From contig VJWM01000313.1 of the NCBI GenBank assembly GCA_010909165.1, positions 1 through 64,000 of the forward strand: 64,000 nucleotides of DNA. Direction: 5' to 3'. The stretch comes from Anthoceros angustus. Taxonomy: Eukaryota; Plantae; Anthocerotophyta. The position numbers were made by a program, and so were the translations under genes. Below are positions 10,847 to 22,689 of this stretch, piece after piece. Under the pieces are notes generated by a model. The model ran no database searches. It saw nothing but the letters and a program-made list of their open reading frames with translations, and was not told the DNA's origin. The stretch's first letter is position 1. The number at the start of each line of letters is the position of its first letter.

Positions 10847-13800
10847 TCTAAGGGTATTAAAGCCCAATGTACTTAGACTAATACACTTAGTCTAAGTTAG
10901 GTGTCGATTAAGTATCATTAGTTTAGCTAAGCTAATCACTAGGAAGCTTCTTGTGCTCCTTAGGAGCTTCTTGTGGAGCTTCCTAGGGAGCCTATTGGAG
11001 GTATAAATACCCTCCAAGCCTCATCTCAATGAGAGCTACTCTTGCCTCCTCCTCTCCTCTCTTTCCACCATCATGCCCCCCGATCCTTCAAGCGGTATCG
11101 AGCCATGGTTTGGTTGTGTTGTGATGCTAGAATTTTCTAGGCGGGCAGCGGCGGCTCGTGGAGTGCAGGTGATCCGGATCGCGGTGAGGCTGACGCCGCG
11201 GCGAGCCGTGGCGGGGCGACCGTGGCGCGGCCGCGACCGGGCCGCGGGCCGTGGCCGTGCGGGCAGCGGCCGTCAGGCGCAGCGCCCGGCAGGCGGCGCG
11301 CCTTGGCCAGCGCAGCCAGCCCAGCGCTGGGCGGCAGGCCCGGCGGGCCGCGGCCGCATGGCCCCGGCCGGCGCGCGGCGCGAGCCCGAGCCGCGGCCGG
11401 CGCGCCTTGGCGCCAGCCGCGGGCCCCGCAGCGCGCCGGCCCGCGAGCGCGCCTTGAGCCAGCGGGCGCCGCGAGGCCCAGCGAGCGCCCGGCGCCAGCG
11501 CGCGGCCCGCGGCGCAGCCGCCAGCGCGCGGGCGCTTGCAGCGCCAGCGCTGCCAGCGCGGCGCTGGAGCCCGGCGCCAGCAGCGGCGCGGCCGCCGGCC
11601 GCGGGGTGCGCGCCGCCAGCGCGTGTGGCCGTCGAGCGGTGCCCGTCTTGGGCGCGGTTGTGGCGCGGCGCGGCGGTGGCGTGGTAGCGATGCGCGGCGT
11701 GCGTGGCGTGGCCAGCGGCGCGAGACGTGGGTGTGAGCAGGCGGTGGCGCGTGGCGAAAAATTCGTCGAGCGATTGGCGGATTACTCGGTGGAATAGTCA
11801 CGGCAAAATACACGGACCGTCGGTGGTTTCTTCTTTGACTTTTCTAACAAGGCGAGTTGAGTGTTTTATGTATCGATTTTTGAGTCATGATGTCTTCATC
11901 ATCGAGCGTCATGTTCAATATCGAGAAGTTAGATGGTACTAACTTCCCGTTGGAAAGAACAAGTGTATAATGTTCTAGTGCGAGATCAAGCCCATAAAGT
12001 TGTTAGGCGTCAAACCGGATAGTATGACACGGGATGAGTGGCGGGACTGGATGAGCTTGCTAGATCTACTATCATGCTAACATTGTCAAAAGCAGTGTAC
12101 TTCAATGTGAAAGATAAGACCACGAGTTACGGATGGCGGTATGTGACTGTATGAGAAGCAAAGTGCGGCTTCTCGGTGTATTGGTTGAACGGTGGTGGAC
12201 TTGAAGATGAAGGAAGGACGAGGATGTCCGATCATATGATTTCAATACCATTTTCAGCCGACTCTCATCTCAAGGTATCACGTTCCCAGTTAGTGAGAGC
12301 TATGTTTTGGTCACATTACGAGAGTTGGGATACCTTTAAATCGAGTAATTACCTTTGCTAGTGGTCTTACCATTGTAAATGTAGAAGGTAGCATTGGCGA
12401 GGAGGTGAGCAGGAAAAACATGGAACCTTCAAAAGGTTCCGGTGCCCTCATAGTGAGAGGGAGGTCCACTGCGAAGGGAAGCAGCGGACGAAGCTTCTCT
12501 CGTAGCAAATCTCGTAGTCGTAACAAGAATGTGGAGTGTCACTATTGTCACAAAGGGGTCACTTCAGAGTGCGAGAAGTTCAAAAGGACCAAGGAAAGAG
12601 AAGAAGCGGGGACAAGAAGGCGACTTAAATGCATCGAGTTGGAAGAGTTAAACTACGTTGAGGACGGAGATGTCCTTATCTCTTCTTACTTGAATCTTTG
12701 CTGGCGTGGATAGTCATTTATTACGCAATTGGATAATTGACTCGGTGCATCTTTCCATGTTACTCGCATAGAGTGGTTTAACACGTATGATGCTACAAGG
12801 AAAGGATCGTTAGGCTTGGAAATAACTATGCATGCGGATCGCGGCGTGGGTGATGTGCAACTCAAGTTTGACAACGGATCTTCATTCATCTTTGAAGGGC
12901 GTTAGGCATGTTCGAAGTTGACAAAGAGCATGATTAGCGCGAGACGGTTGGATGATCTTTGGTTACCACACTTGGTTTGGGGATCACTCTTGGAAGATCT
13001 CCAAAGGTTCTCTTGTGTTAGCTCGTGGATCAGTGTGGCACTTTGTACTCACTTGAGGTAAACATCAAAGATCATGTGATCGTGTGTGTGAGCAAATGTT
13101 TCCTTGTGGCATTGCGGTTAGGACATATGTCTCGAGAAGGGAATGAAGGTTTTATCTCGTTACGGTTATATCCACATTAACTTCTCGATCTCTCGATGTG
13201 TGAGCCTTTGTTTATATGGGAAGCAGACAAAATCATCACATCGAACACGAGGTAAAAGTAGTAAACCTCTTGAGTTGGTTCACATGATGTATGTGGACCT
13301 ATGCCTCTGCATCATTAGGCGGTGCCTCTATTTTTCACTTTCATAGATGATTTCTCAAGGTGTGGGTTTATCCTTTGAGGAAAAAGGATGAAGTTACGGT
13401 GTTTGAAATTTGTCACCTTGTAGAGAATCGATCGCCACCGATTGAAGTGTCTAAGGGCGGATAATGGTGGCGAGTATGTTTAGCTTTCGTCATTACGTGA
13501 TTCCAAGGAATCAAAAGAATTATTTTGTATACTCCTCCACAAAATGGTGTGGCGGATGAAACAGAACCATTCGAGAGGATCGTAGTTTGTTGTCAAACTC
13601 GGATTGCCTAATGGGTTTTGGGCGAGCGGTGTCTGCGGTTCATCTTATTAACAGATCTCCTAATAAAATTGATGAGCGGGTTCGAGGAGCTATGGTGCGG
13701 AAAGAAACCATCCTACAAGCATCTGCGAGTGTTTGGTGTGAGGCATCTTGCCATGTTCCAAAAGAGTTTCGGGACAAGTTGGCACCTAAGTCCAAGAAAT

Positions 13801-15902
13801 GTATTTTTCTTGGCTATGGTGATTAGTGAGATGGGATACCGTTTGTGGGATCCGAGGCTAGAAAGGTTGTTCGTACTAACGTGTTCTTCAATGAGAACAA
13901 GATGCGAAGCCTACTCCAAGCGTGGAGGTGCGAAGGGTGATCTTCAAGAAGATGGACATGATCATCATGCGGGTTGATAGTGGTAATGTGCGAGCACATT
14001 CCTCCACCCTAGATGAACCAAGAGTCGAACAAGCTCCTATAGAGGTGCACAGTGCCGTGGGTCGAGGCGGGATTACACCTCGGCGGTATGATCCATCTGG
14101 ATTATGTTATCTTGACAGTTAGGGGAACCCTCTTCTTACAAAGAGGCTGTCAGCGAGTAACAAAGAAGTGGGAGAAGGCCATGCGATCGAAATGAATTAT
14201 TTGCATAAGAACCAAACTTGGGAGTTGGTTGTTGCCTAAGGATAAGAAGGCACTACCATGCAAATGGGTGTACAAGATGAAGGTCATACCGCTTGATGGC
14301 AAACCAAAGTACAAGGCCCGGTGGTTGCTAAGGGTTTCAAGCAACAACCGGCATTGACTTTGATGAGATTTTCTCACCGAGTCAAAATGACAACTGCGAT
14401 GTGTTCTTGCTTTGGTTGCGGGGATGATATGGAACTTGTATGCGGATGGATGTCAAGAGCATTCTTGCATGGTGACCTTCAAGAGGGGTCTACATGCACA
14501 ACGGAAGGTTTTGTTGAGAAGGGCAAAGAGCATCGGTGTGCGAGTTGAGGAAGAGCCTTTATGGTTTGAAACAGGCACCAGTGGTATCACAAGTTCCACT
14601 CATTTATGCTTTCTCAAGGCTACAAGCGTGGCGATGAGGATCATTGCCTCTCTATAGCAAGCTAAGGATCAAAGCTTGCTCATTTTGATCCTCTATGTGG
14701 ATGATATGCTAATTCTTTGGAGCGATCTTGATGAGATTTCAGTTGAAGTCAAAGTTGAATGCTCACTTTGAAATAGCAGACTTGGGAGGCGAGCCATATA
14801 CTTGGCATGCGTATTCGTCGGAGCAGACATAAGCGTCGCTTTATTTGTCTCGGGAATACATTAAGTGCTTCAACGTTTCAACATGGAAGGGAAGCCATTG
14901 GGTACTCCATTGCCTCCATATGTGAAACTTTCAAGCCGGATTGCCCAAGCTACGAGGAGGACAAAGCTGAAATGGAGAAGGTCCCATACTCATCAGGTAG
15001 GGAGTTTGATGTATGCAATGATTGCTACGTCACGACATTGCCTTTGCGGTGGGAGTGGTTAGCAGTTTATGTCAAACCACAAGAAGCATTGGGAGGCGAT
15101 AAAAGGAGTTATGAGGTATCTGAATGGTACAAAAGCTTTGTGCATATGTTTTGGTAGTGAAGATGCATGTGGTGGTTGGGTACCACAGATCTCGATTATC
15201 GAGGATATGGACAAAGGAGGTCCACATCGAGTTATGTCTTCACGTGCCTTTGGAGGCGATCTCATGGCGATCTCGTTTGCGATCGTGCATTCGCTATCTA
15301 CCACAGAGGCCGAGTATGTTGCGGAGGCTTGCAAGGAAGCCATATGGCTTGCCTCGTTTAGTGGGAGACTTGGGGATCAAGGTTGAGTGCCGGTGTTGCA
15401 TTGTGATAGCAGTGCTATCCAATTGGCAAAGAATCCGATGTTTCATGCGAAGACTAAACATGTGGATGTGAAGTATCACTTCATTCGAGAGGTGTTGATG
15501 ACAAGAGAACTTGTCAAGGTTCACACCGGCCCGAACCTGAGATATTCTTACCAAGGGACTCTCTACAGCAATTTGCACAAGCTCGGACGATGGGCATGAG
15601 ATAGTCCATTCTCCTGAAGGTAAATTGGCCTTTAAGTGGGAGGTTGTAAGGGTATTAAAGCCCAATGTACTTAGACTAATACACTTAGTCTAAGTTAGGT
15701 GTCGATTAAGTATCATTAGTTTAGCTTAAGCTAATCACTAGGAAGCTTCTTGTGCTCCTTCCTAGGAGCTTCTTGTGGAGCTTCCTAGGGAGCCTATTGG
15801 AGGTATAAATACCCTCCAAGCCTCATCTCAATGTGAGAGCTACTCTTGCCTCCTCCTCTCCTCTCCTCTCCTCCTCTTGGCATGGGCGCCCCACGATCTT
15901 CA
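10847..15902 (+). mobile_element. Ty1/copia LTR retrotransposon (Tnt1/Tork-like), full length, copy A
   Basis: LTRs at 10847-11090 and 15645-15902. tRNA-iMet-like PBS ggtatcgagcc at ~11094. PPT aagtgggagg at 15634-15643. TSD tgct(t), with the empty site 'gagtgcttcac' at ~59110. Confidence 0.93.
11888..15640 (+). pseudogene. copia gag-pol polyprotein, frameshifted
   Basis: Fragments NIEKLDGTNF (gag), ECHYCHK (Zn knuckle), KPSYKHLRVFG and DKLAPKSKKCIFLGY (INT), LYVDDML (RT), LSTTEAEYVA and HAKTKHVDVKYHFIRE (RNase H). Confidence 0.92.
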
Positions 15903-16329
15903 TGCTTCACAAGCACCCAGCAATTCCTAATTCCCCTGCCTTCTTCTTTGGAAATTTCCAGCTCTCACCTTAGCGGGCCATCAGGCCGTGAGTCCCCTCA
16001 GTCGCTCCATCCGCTCTTCCTCCAATGCGGGTAGTGGTGGCCTCGGCGCGCCCGCCCAGCGCGTATTTCTCCTTCCCTCACCGTCGTGGCTGCGCCTCCG
16101 GCGTGGGTGCCCTCTGCGGGTGGCTGTTCCCCCCGGTGATGCCTACCCTACCTGGTAGGTGGCCCCTCTGCGGTGATGCGCCCCACCCTCTTGGGTGGCG
16201 CCTCCCCTGGGGTGGCGTGAGGTGCCTCCTGTAGGCACAAAAGCGAGATGGTGGGGACTCCCCCACCCTTGAAATTATCACCCTCCTGGTAGTTCTCCTC
16301 TCATAGACTACCATTTGGGATTATCTCAG

Positions 16330-17110
16330 AAGGATGCCAAGCATCTTCCAACTCCTTGCTTGTGAGAAGTCCCTCCGTTTCCCACAAATGCACCAAATAG
16401 GTGCTAAGGTAGCAGGCCTTGGCCCTTCCTCATCCACGAATTTGGCTTGAGGCTTTTTCGATGGTGGATGTAGGCCTCATACATGATGGTGCCCCAATCT
16501 TGGCTCCCATGAAATCTTCCACAAAAATTGCGGAAGTTGGTCTTTGAAATAGGGCGTCCTTGGTAATTACCAACAACACAATCTTAAGAGCCTCCACTTG
16601 ACTCCTTGATGCTCTGTCTTCCGCCATTCTTGGCATGGGCCTTCACTCCTCCATCCATCATGTCGAGGAGCTCTTGCGGAATATCGGAGAGGGCCGTCCT
16701 CTTCCTCCATTCCTTTCGAGGAGAGCAATTCGAGCTCTCCTCCTCCGGTCTCCCATACACAGCCGAATGCTCCTTACGGTCCAGCGGCGAGGATCCGTTC
16801 GAGCATTCCTTTTGCGGCAAGGCTGCCTCGATTGATGGAGGTTGATGAACACTCCTCAATCAATTCCAAATTGGTGTAGGCCCATTGGCGGCCATACACC
16901 CATCCCAATTGGATGTTATCCTCCTCGCCTTGCGAAATCAACTAAATCCACAGGGTTGGGCCAGCAAAGCACGTGAATTGGGGCATCAAGCTCACCTCCT
17001 CACTGGCGGCGTAGCCCCCTTTCTTCTTTCCTCCTCGCGAGGAGCCTTGCGGCTCCTTCCCTTGCCTTTTCCTCCTCGAGGCATGGTGCCTTCTTCTCAA
17101 GTGCTTTAAA
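16330..17110 (-). pseudogene. Extra ORF of unknown function embedded in the gypsy LTR
   Basis: Cleanest in the copy at 59602-60500: MPQFTCFAGQLNP...GWVYGRQWAYTNLELIEECYINLH...FLDMMDGGVKAHAKNGW...DWG.IMYEAY...GQGCYLSTYLVHLWETEGLLT. Also at 46726-47500. Confidence 0.6.
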
Positions 17111-17999
17111 GGAGAATTACTTCCCAATCGTTTGGTGCTCCACCTCCTTCCTTCTCCTTGGGGTAGCACACACTTCACTGCGGCACGTTAGCCACGGCGA
17201 GTCTTCGGCTTGCCTTCTTCTCCTTCCTTCTCCTTCTTCGGCGGGCGCCCGCGATTATTCTCGCTCTTCACGCCTTCAATTCTATGACCACGTACCGTGC
17301 GTTGCTTCCTTGGCGCTCGCTCCACACTTACCTTCCTTCTCCTCCTCCGGTGGCGGCGTGCGAGTTCTCCCACTGCTCGCGGCACTCGCGTTTTCCTTCT
17401 CCTCCTCCTCGCGGTTGGGTTCTCCCTTCGATGGCGCGCGCAGACCGCCTTCTCGGCTTGCTCGTGGCGATGGCAGCCTCTCTTCTCGCAGCGATGGCAG
17501 TCTTCCTTCCTTTTGCGTTCACGTTCCAGCTCGGCTCGACTCTTGTTCTTGGCGAAGTGGGCGGCGCCCAAAGCGCACTTTGCCCTCCTTAGATGTACAC
17601 GGCAACCCTAGATTGGGTTCATCATTCCAAAATCCTAATCCTATCTAAACTACCTATTTTCCTATCACCCGCTATCCTAATTAACGCTTTCTAATTACTC
17701 TATATATTTATTCCCTATTGGTGAGCATATATAGTGGATATCCCCCTTATTCTAATTTCCTTTTTAAGATTTGTCGACCTACCCCGTGATACGCGACTTA
17801 CATGATAACGCTCCCTTCTCGGCCTACCGGTGTGGCGACCTACGGTGGTACCGACCTACCAACCTTGGTGCCCTCACGCGCAAATGCGGGGTCGTTTTGA
17901 CCCGTTCTTCTTCTGGGATATCCTCTTGCCTTCCTAACAATATCCTACAACTCTAGCTTCAAGATCCTCAGAAAATTTCCTGGCATGCTCCCCTTCAAT

Positions 18000-19300
18000 C
18001 GTTTCTAGCCAAAAAAATCAACCTTGTTTGTCTTGGCTCTTTTGGGCTGGTTGCCCAAACTTTTCGTTCACATACTCCCCTCCTCACTGTTTGCGTCCTC
18101 GCAAACAGCGAATACTCGGGTACTTCTTAACCTTCCACCCATTCACTCGGTGGCAACAATTCGCCTAATACCGAGTTACGGATCCATTCTCATATCTGCT
18201 ACTACCTCGTAAGGTCCCATCCATCTCAGCTAAGCTTCCTGGAAAGTCTAGTAGACTATCATATAGAAGAACCAAATCCCGTCCACGATAGTCTCTTGCT
18301 TCCTCAACCTCCCATCATGCTTTTACGAGTTCACAATCCATTTGGGGTTTCTTCTAAAGCATCTTCCCTCGTTCCTCTGCTCTATGAAAGATTCTAACCT
18401 AGCTACGACTATCCTCTCGGTCATCGTTCATCCTCCATGATCCAGGTAGGTACTTCAAATTCCACGGGCATCACAGGCGACATTCCATATGTCAGATAGT
18501 AAGGGGTCTTCTTGGTGGTTACCTTCTCCGCGGTTCTGTAAGCCCACAGTGCTGAATGCAACTTAGCATCCCAGTCATACATGTGTGTTACAGTTACCTT
18601 GGTGAGGATTGTGCACAGCAACCCGTTCGTCTTCTCCGTCAATCCGTTCGCCTTGGGGTTGTAGGGGGTCGTCTTTCGATGCCGAATGTTGAAGTAGGTG
18701 GTTAGGGACTCAACGACAGAGTTGAGGAAATGTGTCCCTCGGTCGCTGACCAACTCTAAAGGACACCCGTACCTTGTTATGATGTTCTCGAATAAAAACT
18801 TTTGCTCTGCGGTCGTCGTCCTTCCTCGTTGCTTAGCCTCCACCATCTTCGTGCAATAATCCGCCACCAAAATGTCTTCCTTGTCCATTGCGTTGGTGGT
18901 TTGATTGGTCCTCTGATCGATTCCCCACTTCTCGAATGGTGCTAACGGTAAGATGTAGGTAAGAGGCCATTGTGTCGACAACGTAGGCCCCTCGACGCAT
19001 CACACCTCGGTGAACTCCATCCTTTTGCATAGCCACGAAACCGCATTCAAAATCTTCTTAACGGTCACTGTGCGAATAGTGTCCACTGCCTCTCGCATGT
19101 AGCGCCTCGTGAGTGCGGCCTCCTTCAACCTCGAGGCACCTCCGGATCTTCGTCCGGCCCAAGCTTGTATAGATGCCTTCCCTTAGGCAATAGGGGCGAG
19201 GCTTTATGGAGAAACAGCGCCCTTCCACGGACAACCATCGGCATGATTCCATGCTCCGGAACTTCGTACTTCCGTTCAACAAATATCTTGGGCATGAACG
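18000..19300 (-). pseudogene. Ty3/gypsy integrase, copy A
   Basis: ORF 18421-18981: PFEKWGID...IITRYGCPLELVSDRGTHF...TTPYNPKANGLTEKTN...ALWAYRT...TPYYLTYG (non-chromovirus, Athila/Tat-like). Confidence 0.93.
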
Positions 19301-19919
19301 CCCCTCACGTTCTAATCTCCTCCTTCCGGAGCATACGTCGCCTCTAGCTCGTCCGTTAGTAGCCCGGTGGCGTGGATCTATCTACAAATCCATCTCCTGC
19401 CGCCCATCGCACGTTCTTGGCCGTTTGCATGCTCCTCCTCGACAATGATCTCTTCCATTCTGGTCTAGCCTCGTGTCTAGGTCCAGCTCGTGCTCCCATG
19501 GCGACCTCTTCGCCTTCACCTCCATGTCCTCCTCATGGTGATTTCCCATGAATCCATCTCCTTCTCCTGCGGTTTTCTTCAAACTTGTCATGGGATGCAC
19601 CTCCTTCCTCTTGCCAACTCGTGGCCTCCACTTGCAGCCCTTCTGCCTGCTCACCCTTGAGGAGCATTCCAGCCTCCTCCTCGCGCCCATGCTGGCGCCG
19701 TTTTATCTCCTCTCGGATTTCCAGATTGTCCTGCTGCAACTTTTCCTGCACAACGCTCCCTTCTTGCTCATTTGGCCTCTCTGGCAACAAGACTTGCTGA
19801 TCAATTCTTAGGCCGTCTACAACATGCTCACGTCCTCCCCCTTCGACCCAGGCTGCGGCGACCAACTCCTCGTCAGGAAATCGGTCGTCTGTGGCCTCAA
19901 GTCGCTCCCGTTTTCAGAC

Positions 19920-21152
19920 GAGAAATAAAATCAGCATTTTGATGCTGCTTCCCTGGCCTAGTTTCTACGTCGTAATCGAATTCTTGCAGCAGTAGTACCC
20001 ATCTGGCAATCCTTCCTGACAAATCTGGCTTGTTGACAAGGTACTTCAACGCAAAATGGTCAACATGGAACGTCACTTTGCAAGCAAGCAGATAGTGTCT
20101 AAACTTCTTACAGGAGTAAATAATACCAAGACCCTCCGCTCCGTGGTTGAGTAGTTCTTCTCAGCATCCGTGGGCTGTCTACGCATAGAAAATCGGATGA
20201 TCCCGTTTCTTCTCGTCCTTCTGGCTTAAGACGGTCCCAATGGCATAGGCGGACACATCCACGTATACGTGAAACGGTTTCTCCCAATCCGGCGGTTGTA
20301 ACGTTGGTGCGCTCACTAAGCTGTCCTTCAGCTGCTGAAAAGCCTCCTGTCTTGCAGTTGTCCATTCGAAAGGTATATCCTTCTTGGTCAATTGTGTCAA
20401 CAAGGCTGCCTTCTTAGCGAAATCCTTGATGAACCTCCTGTAATATCCTACCAGTCCTACAAAAGCACGCACCTGTCTCACCGTTTGTGGCGTCCATCTC
20501 AGCTATAATTGCTACTTTCTCCTTATCCACCGCAACCCCCGTACAGAGACCCGATGTGCTAACAAAATGCCCTCCGTCATACCAAAATAACACTTCCCCG
20601 GATGAAGTTTCATGTTCGACTCTGCATTTTGGAAACATTGTCTCAAATGATCTAAATCGGTCTCCTCCTTGAACAATCATCTAGGAATACCTCCATGAAC
20701 TTCCTCGGAAAATCTCGGAATATCGCGTTCACTACCCTGAAAATGGCGGGGCATTACACAACCCGAAGGGAGTTTTGAATAAGCGTAGGTTCCCCAATCC
20801 GTTGTGAATGTTGTCTTGTCACGATCTTCCTTCCAGCGAAATTTGATTGTACCGAATATCCATCAAGATACATCTCATGTCAACTATGTCCACTGCTTGT
20901 CCATGAAAGGCAAAGGGTGATGATCCTTCTTCGCTCGTTGAGCTTCACGAAATCACAGCATACCGAACCTTTCCTGCTTCTTTGGTACAATCACGATGGT
21001 GCGACCCACTCTAGTGAGCACCGGGTAAATTACTCCGACCTCCAAATATTGGTCGCTGATCCTTAACGACCATGGAATACTTGGGGTTCAGTCTGTACTG
21101 CTTGATTCTCACCGGAGTGCTGCCCTCCTTCAAGTCGATTCGATGTATCCTC
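19920..21152 (-). pseudogene. Ty3/gypsy RT and RNase H, interrupted at 21153-21156 by a DNA transposon
   Basis: VRAFVGLVGYYRRFIKDFAKKAALLTQLTKKD...PDWEKPFHVYVDVSAYAIGTVLSQ. RT homology resumes at 30088. Confidence 0.92.
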
Positions 21153-21365
21153 AGTTAACATGATAATCTTGGAAGGGGGTTAATATACAAACCCCCTTCC
21201 GCACAACTGAAACCCCCTTCACAAAAAAGACACCGTTCGGGAAATGCAAAATCGTCGAATCCTCCGTCAACACCATGCTAAATACGAAAGGGAAAAAACA
21301 TTGATATTTCACAATTCATAAAACAGGGCTTTCTTGGCGGCTGGCCGCTGCCAGTATCCTTGCGG

Positions 21366-22574
21366 CTATGCTTTGACACAAGTAATGAAAGAAAATCCGA
21401 TATCAACTTTCAAAACCCTCTTCCGTCCCTCGAATATAGTCTTTCCTCTACAAAGATCCCTCAAAGTGATCACGAGACTCATCACGCTTGGGTGGCAATC
21501 TAAAACAAGCTGCCAGTTGCATGCGTTCAATTCTACTACATCGTCGGTCTCGGCCTTCGCTTCATCATCTTCGTTGTCGCCGTCCTTGTCGCCACCACTC
21601 CCGTCGCAGTATCCGAGGTTTGTTGTCCTTCCTCTAGCAAGTCCCCTTTGCGTTTTCATCCTCCTTGCACTAAGTGGAACCACGAGCTTTCGAACAATTT
21701 TTTTTTTAATACAAACTTCTTTAGCCGGTGTCGCTCCTCTCCGGTGGGCCTCGAATGTGAGCTCCTCTTTCCATCGCAAAACCTCGAAACCATGTATGCG
21801 TTGTGGGATATAACCAGCATGAGGTCGGCCTCTATTGCAATAGAATTGCGTCGAAATCTTGCCGGTTGTTGTCCCACTTCCGCAACCATCCGTAATCCAA
21901 TCTCCTTCTTTCGAGAATGTTTTGATGAATTTCATCATCAACCCGAGAGGTCTTTGTAGGCACACCACCATTTTGTCTTGAGACATGTACACGCTTCTTC
22001 ACCACGGATCATGTGCAATCACGGATCGTCCATTGTTAAAAGTCCCTCGTAATATTGGGCGCCTTCCGCCTTGCCTTCCTTCACACACCAAGCCACTGTT
22101 ATGTACTCCACTGTCTCAAATCCACCCCTGTCATTACTCATGTTTGTTTTGTCCCAAAGCGAAGGACACCATTCCACCCTTGCCACATAATCCACGCATG
22201 CACTCTCTCACAAGGTGAGCTTCTTCCACTCCGTGCATGACAATGAGCACAATTCTTCCGCCGTCGTCTTCTCCACAGCTTTGGAAGCTGTGTTCATCAT
22301 GCGCATCGAACCGACTATCCATAGGACCAATGTCAAAGCCTCTTGGGACATCCATAAAGAAGGGTATAAGCCGCAGAAGGAATCCCGCATCTCCATAATG
22401 TTTCTTTTTCCACTTGATAGTAACACTCTTTCTCGGACCACGAGCGTGAACAAGTGCGGTCAGTCTTTCAAATCCTTGTCCGATTGCACGCTGCTCATCC
22501 TCAAGACTCTTCCAGTTGTTAATCTCAAATATGAAGTTCTTGAAATCCTCCGGCCTTTTGCAAATTCTCCACAT
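21366..22574 (-). pseudogene. Beta-class N4-cytosine/N6-adenine DNA methyltransferase domain (N6_N4_Mtase-like), frameshifted in this assembly
   Basis: Motif IV-like FFMDVPRGF (~22335-22361) precedes QRPLGLMMKFIKTFSKEGDWITDG-CGSGTT and, in the next frame, RRNSIAIEAD (~21820-21960). This matches the HPTQKP..L...I...S..GD.VLDPF.GSGTT...GR..IGIE C-terminal block in beta order (IV before I). Confidence 0.82.
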
Positions 22575-22689
22575 CCTTTATTTCGACGCCGGAAAGAAAA
22601 ACGTTAGAGCGAGGACACCACATTCCTATTGTATTCAAACAAGCGTTGGCGATGGCGAAGGAGGGTGTGAAAGCACGGCCGGCGCCCTT

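Larger units (their letters stand above)
8123..17862 (-). mobile_element. Ty3/gypsy 3' LTR (~4.7 kb net), interrupted by copia, copy A
   Basis: Begins tgtggtagg at 8123, the same edge as at 55346 next to the PBS. Homologous to 55346-60485 except for the copia insert. The inner boundary (~17862, cctacca beside a minus-strand purine-rich tract) is inferred. Confidence 0.7.
1..21150. repeat. Tandem segmental duplication, copy A (homologous to 30515-~51390; continues left of the window)
   Basis: Position 1 'gccttgctccatgacacaaagcgatt' recurs at 30515. Solo LTR, protease, MITE, SAUR, gypsy LTR, copia insertion, integrase and RT recur in the same order at ~30.5 kb offset. Confidence 0.93.

Noticed and set aside
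11073-11813. Long overlapping Ala/Arg/Pro/Gly ORFs on both strands (also 41400-42235)
   Set aside because: Stop-codon scarcity in GC-rich DNA; the translations differ between the two copies.
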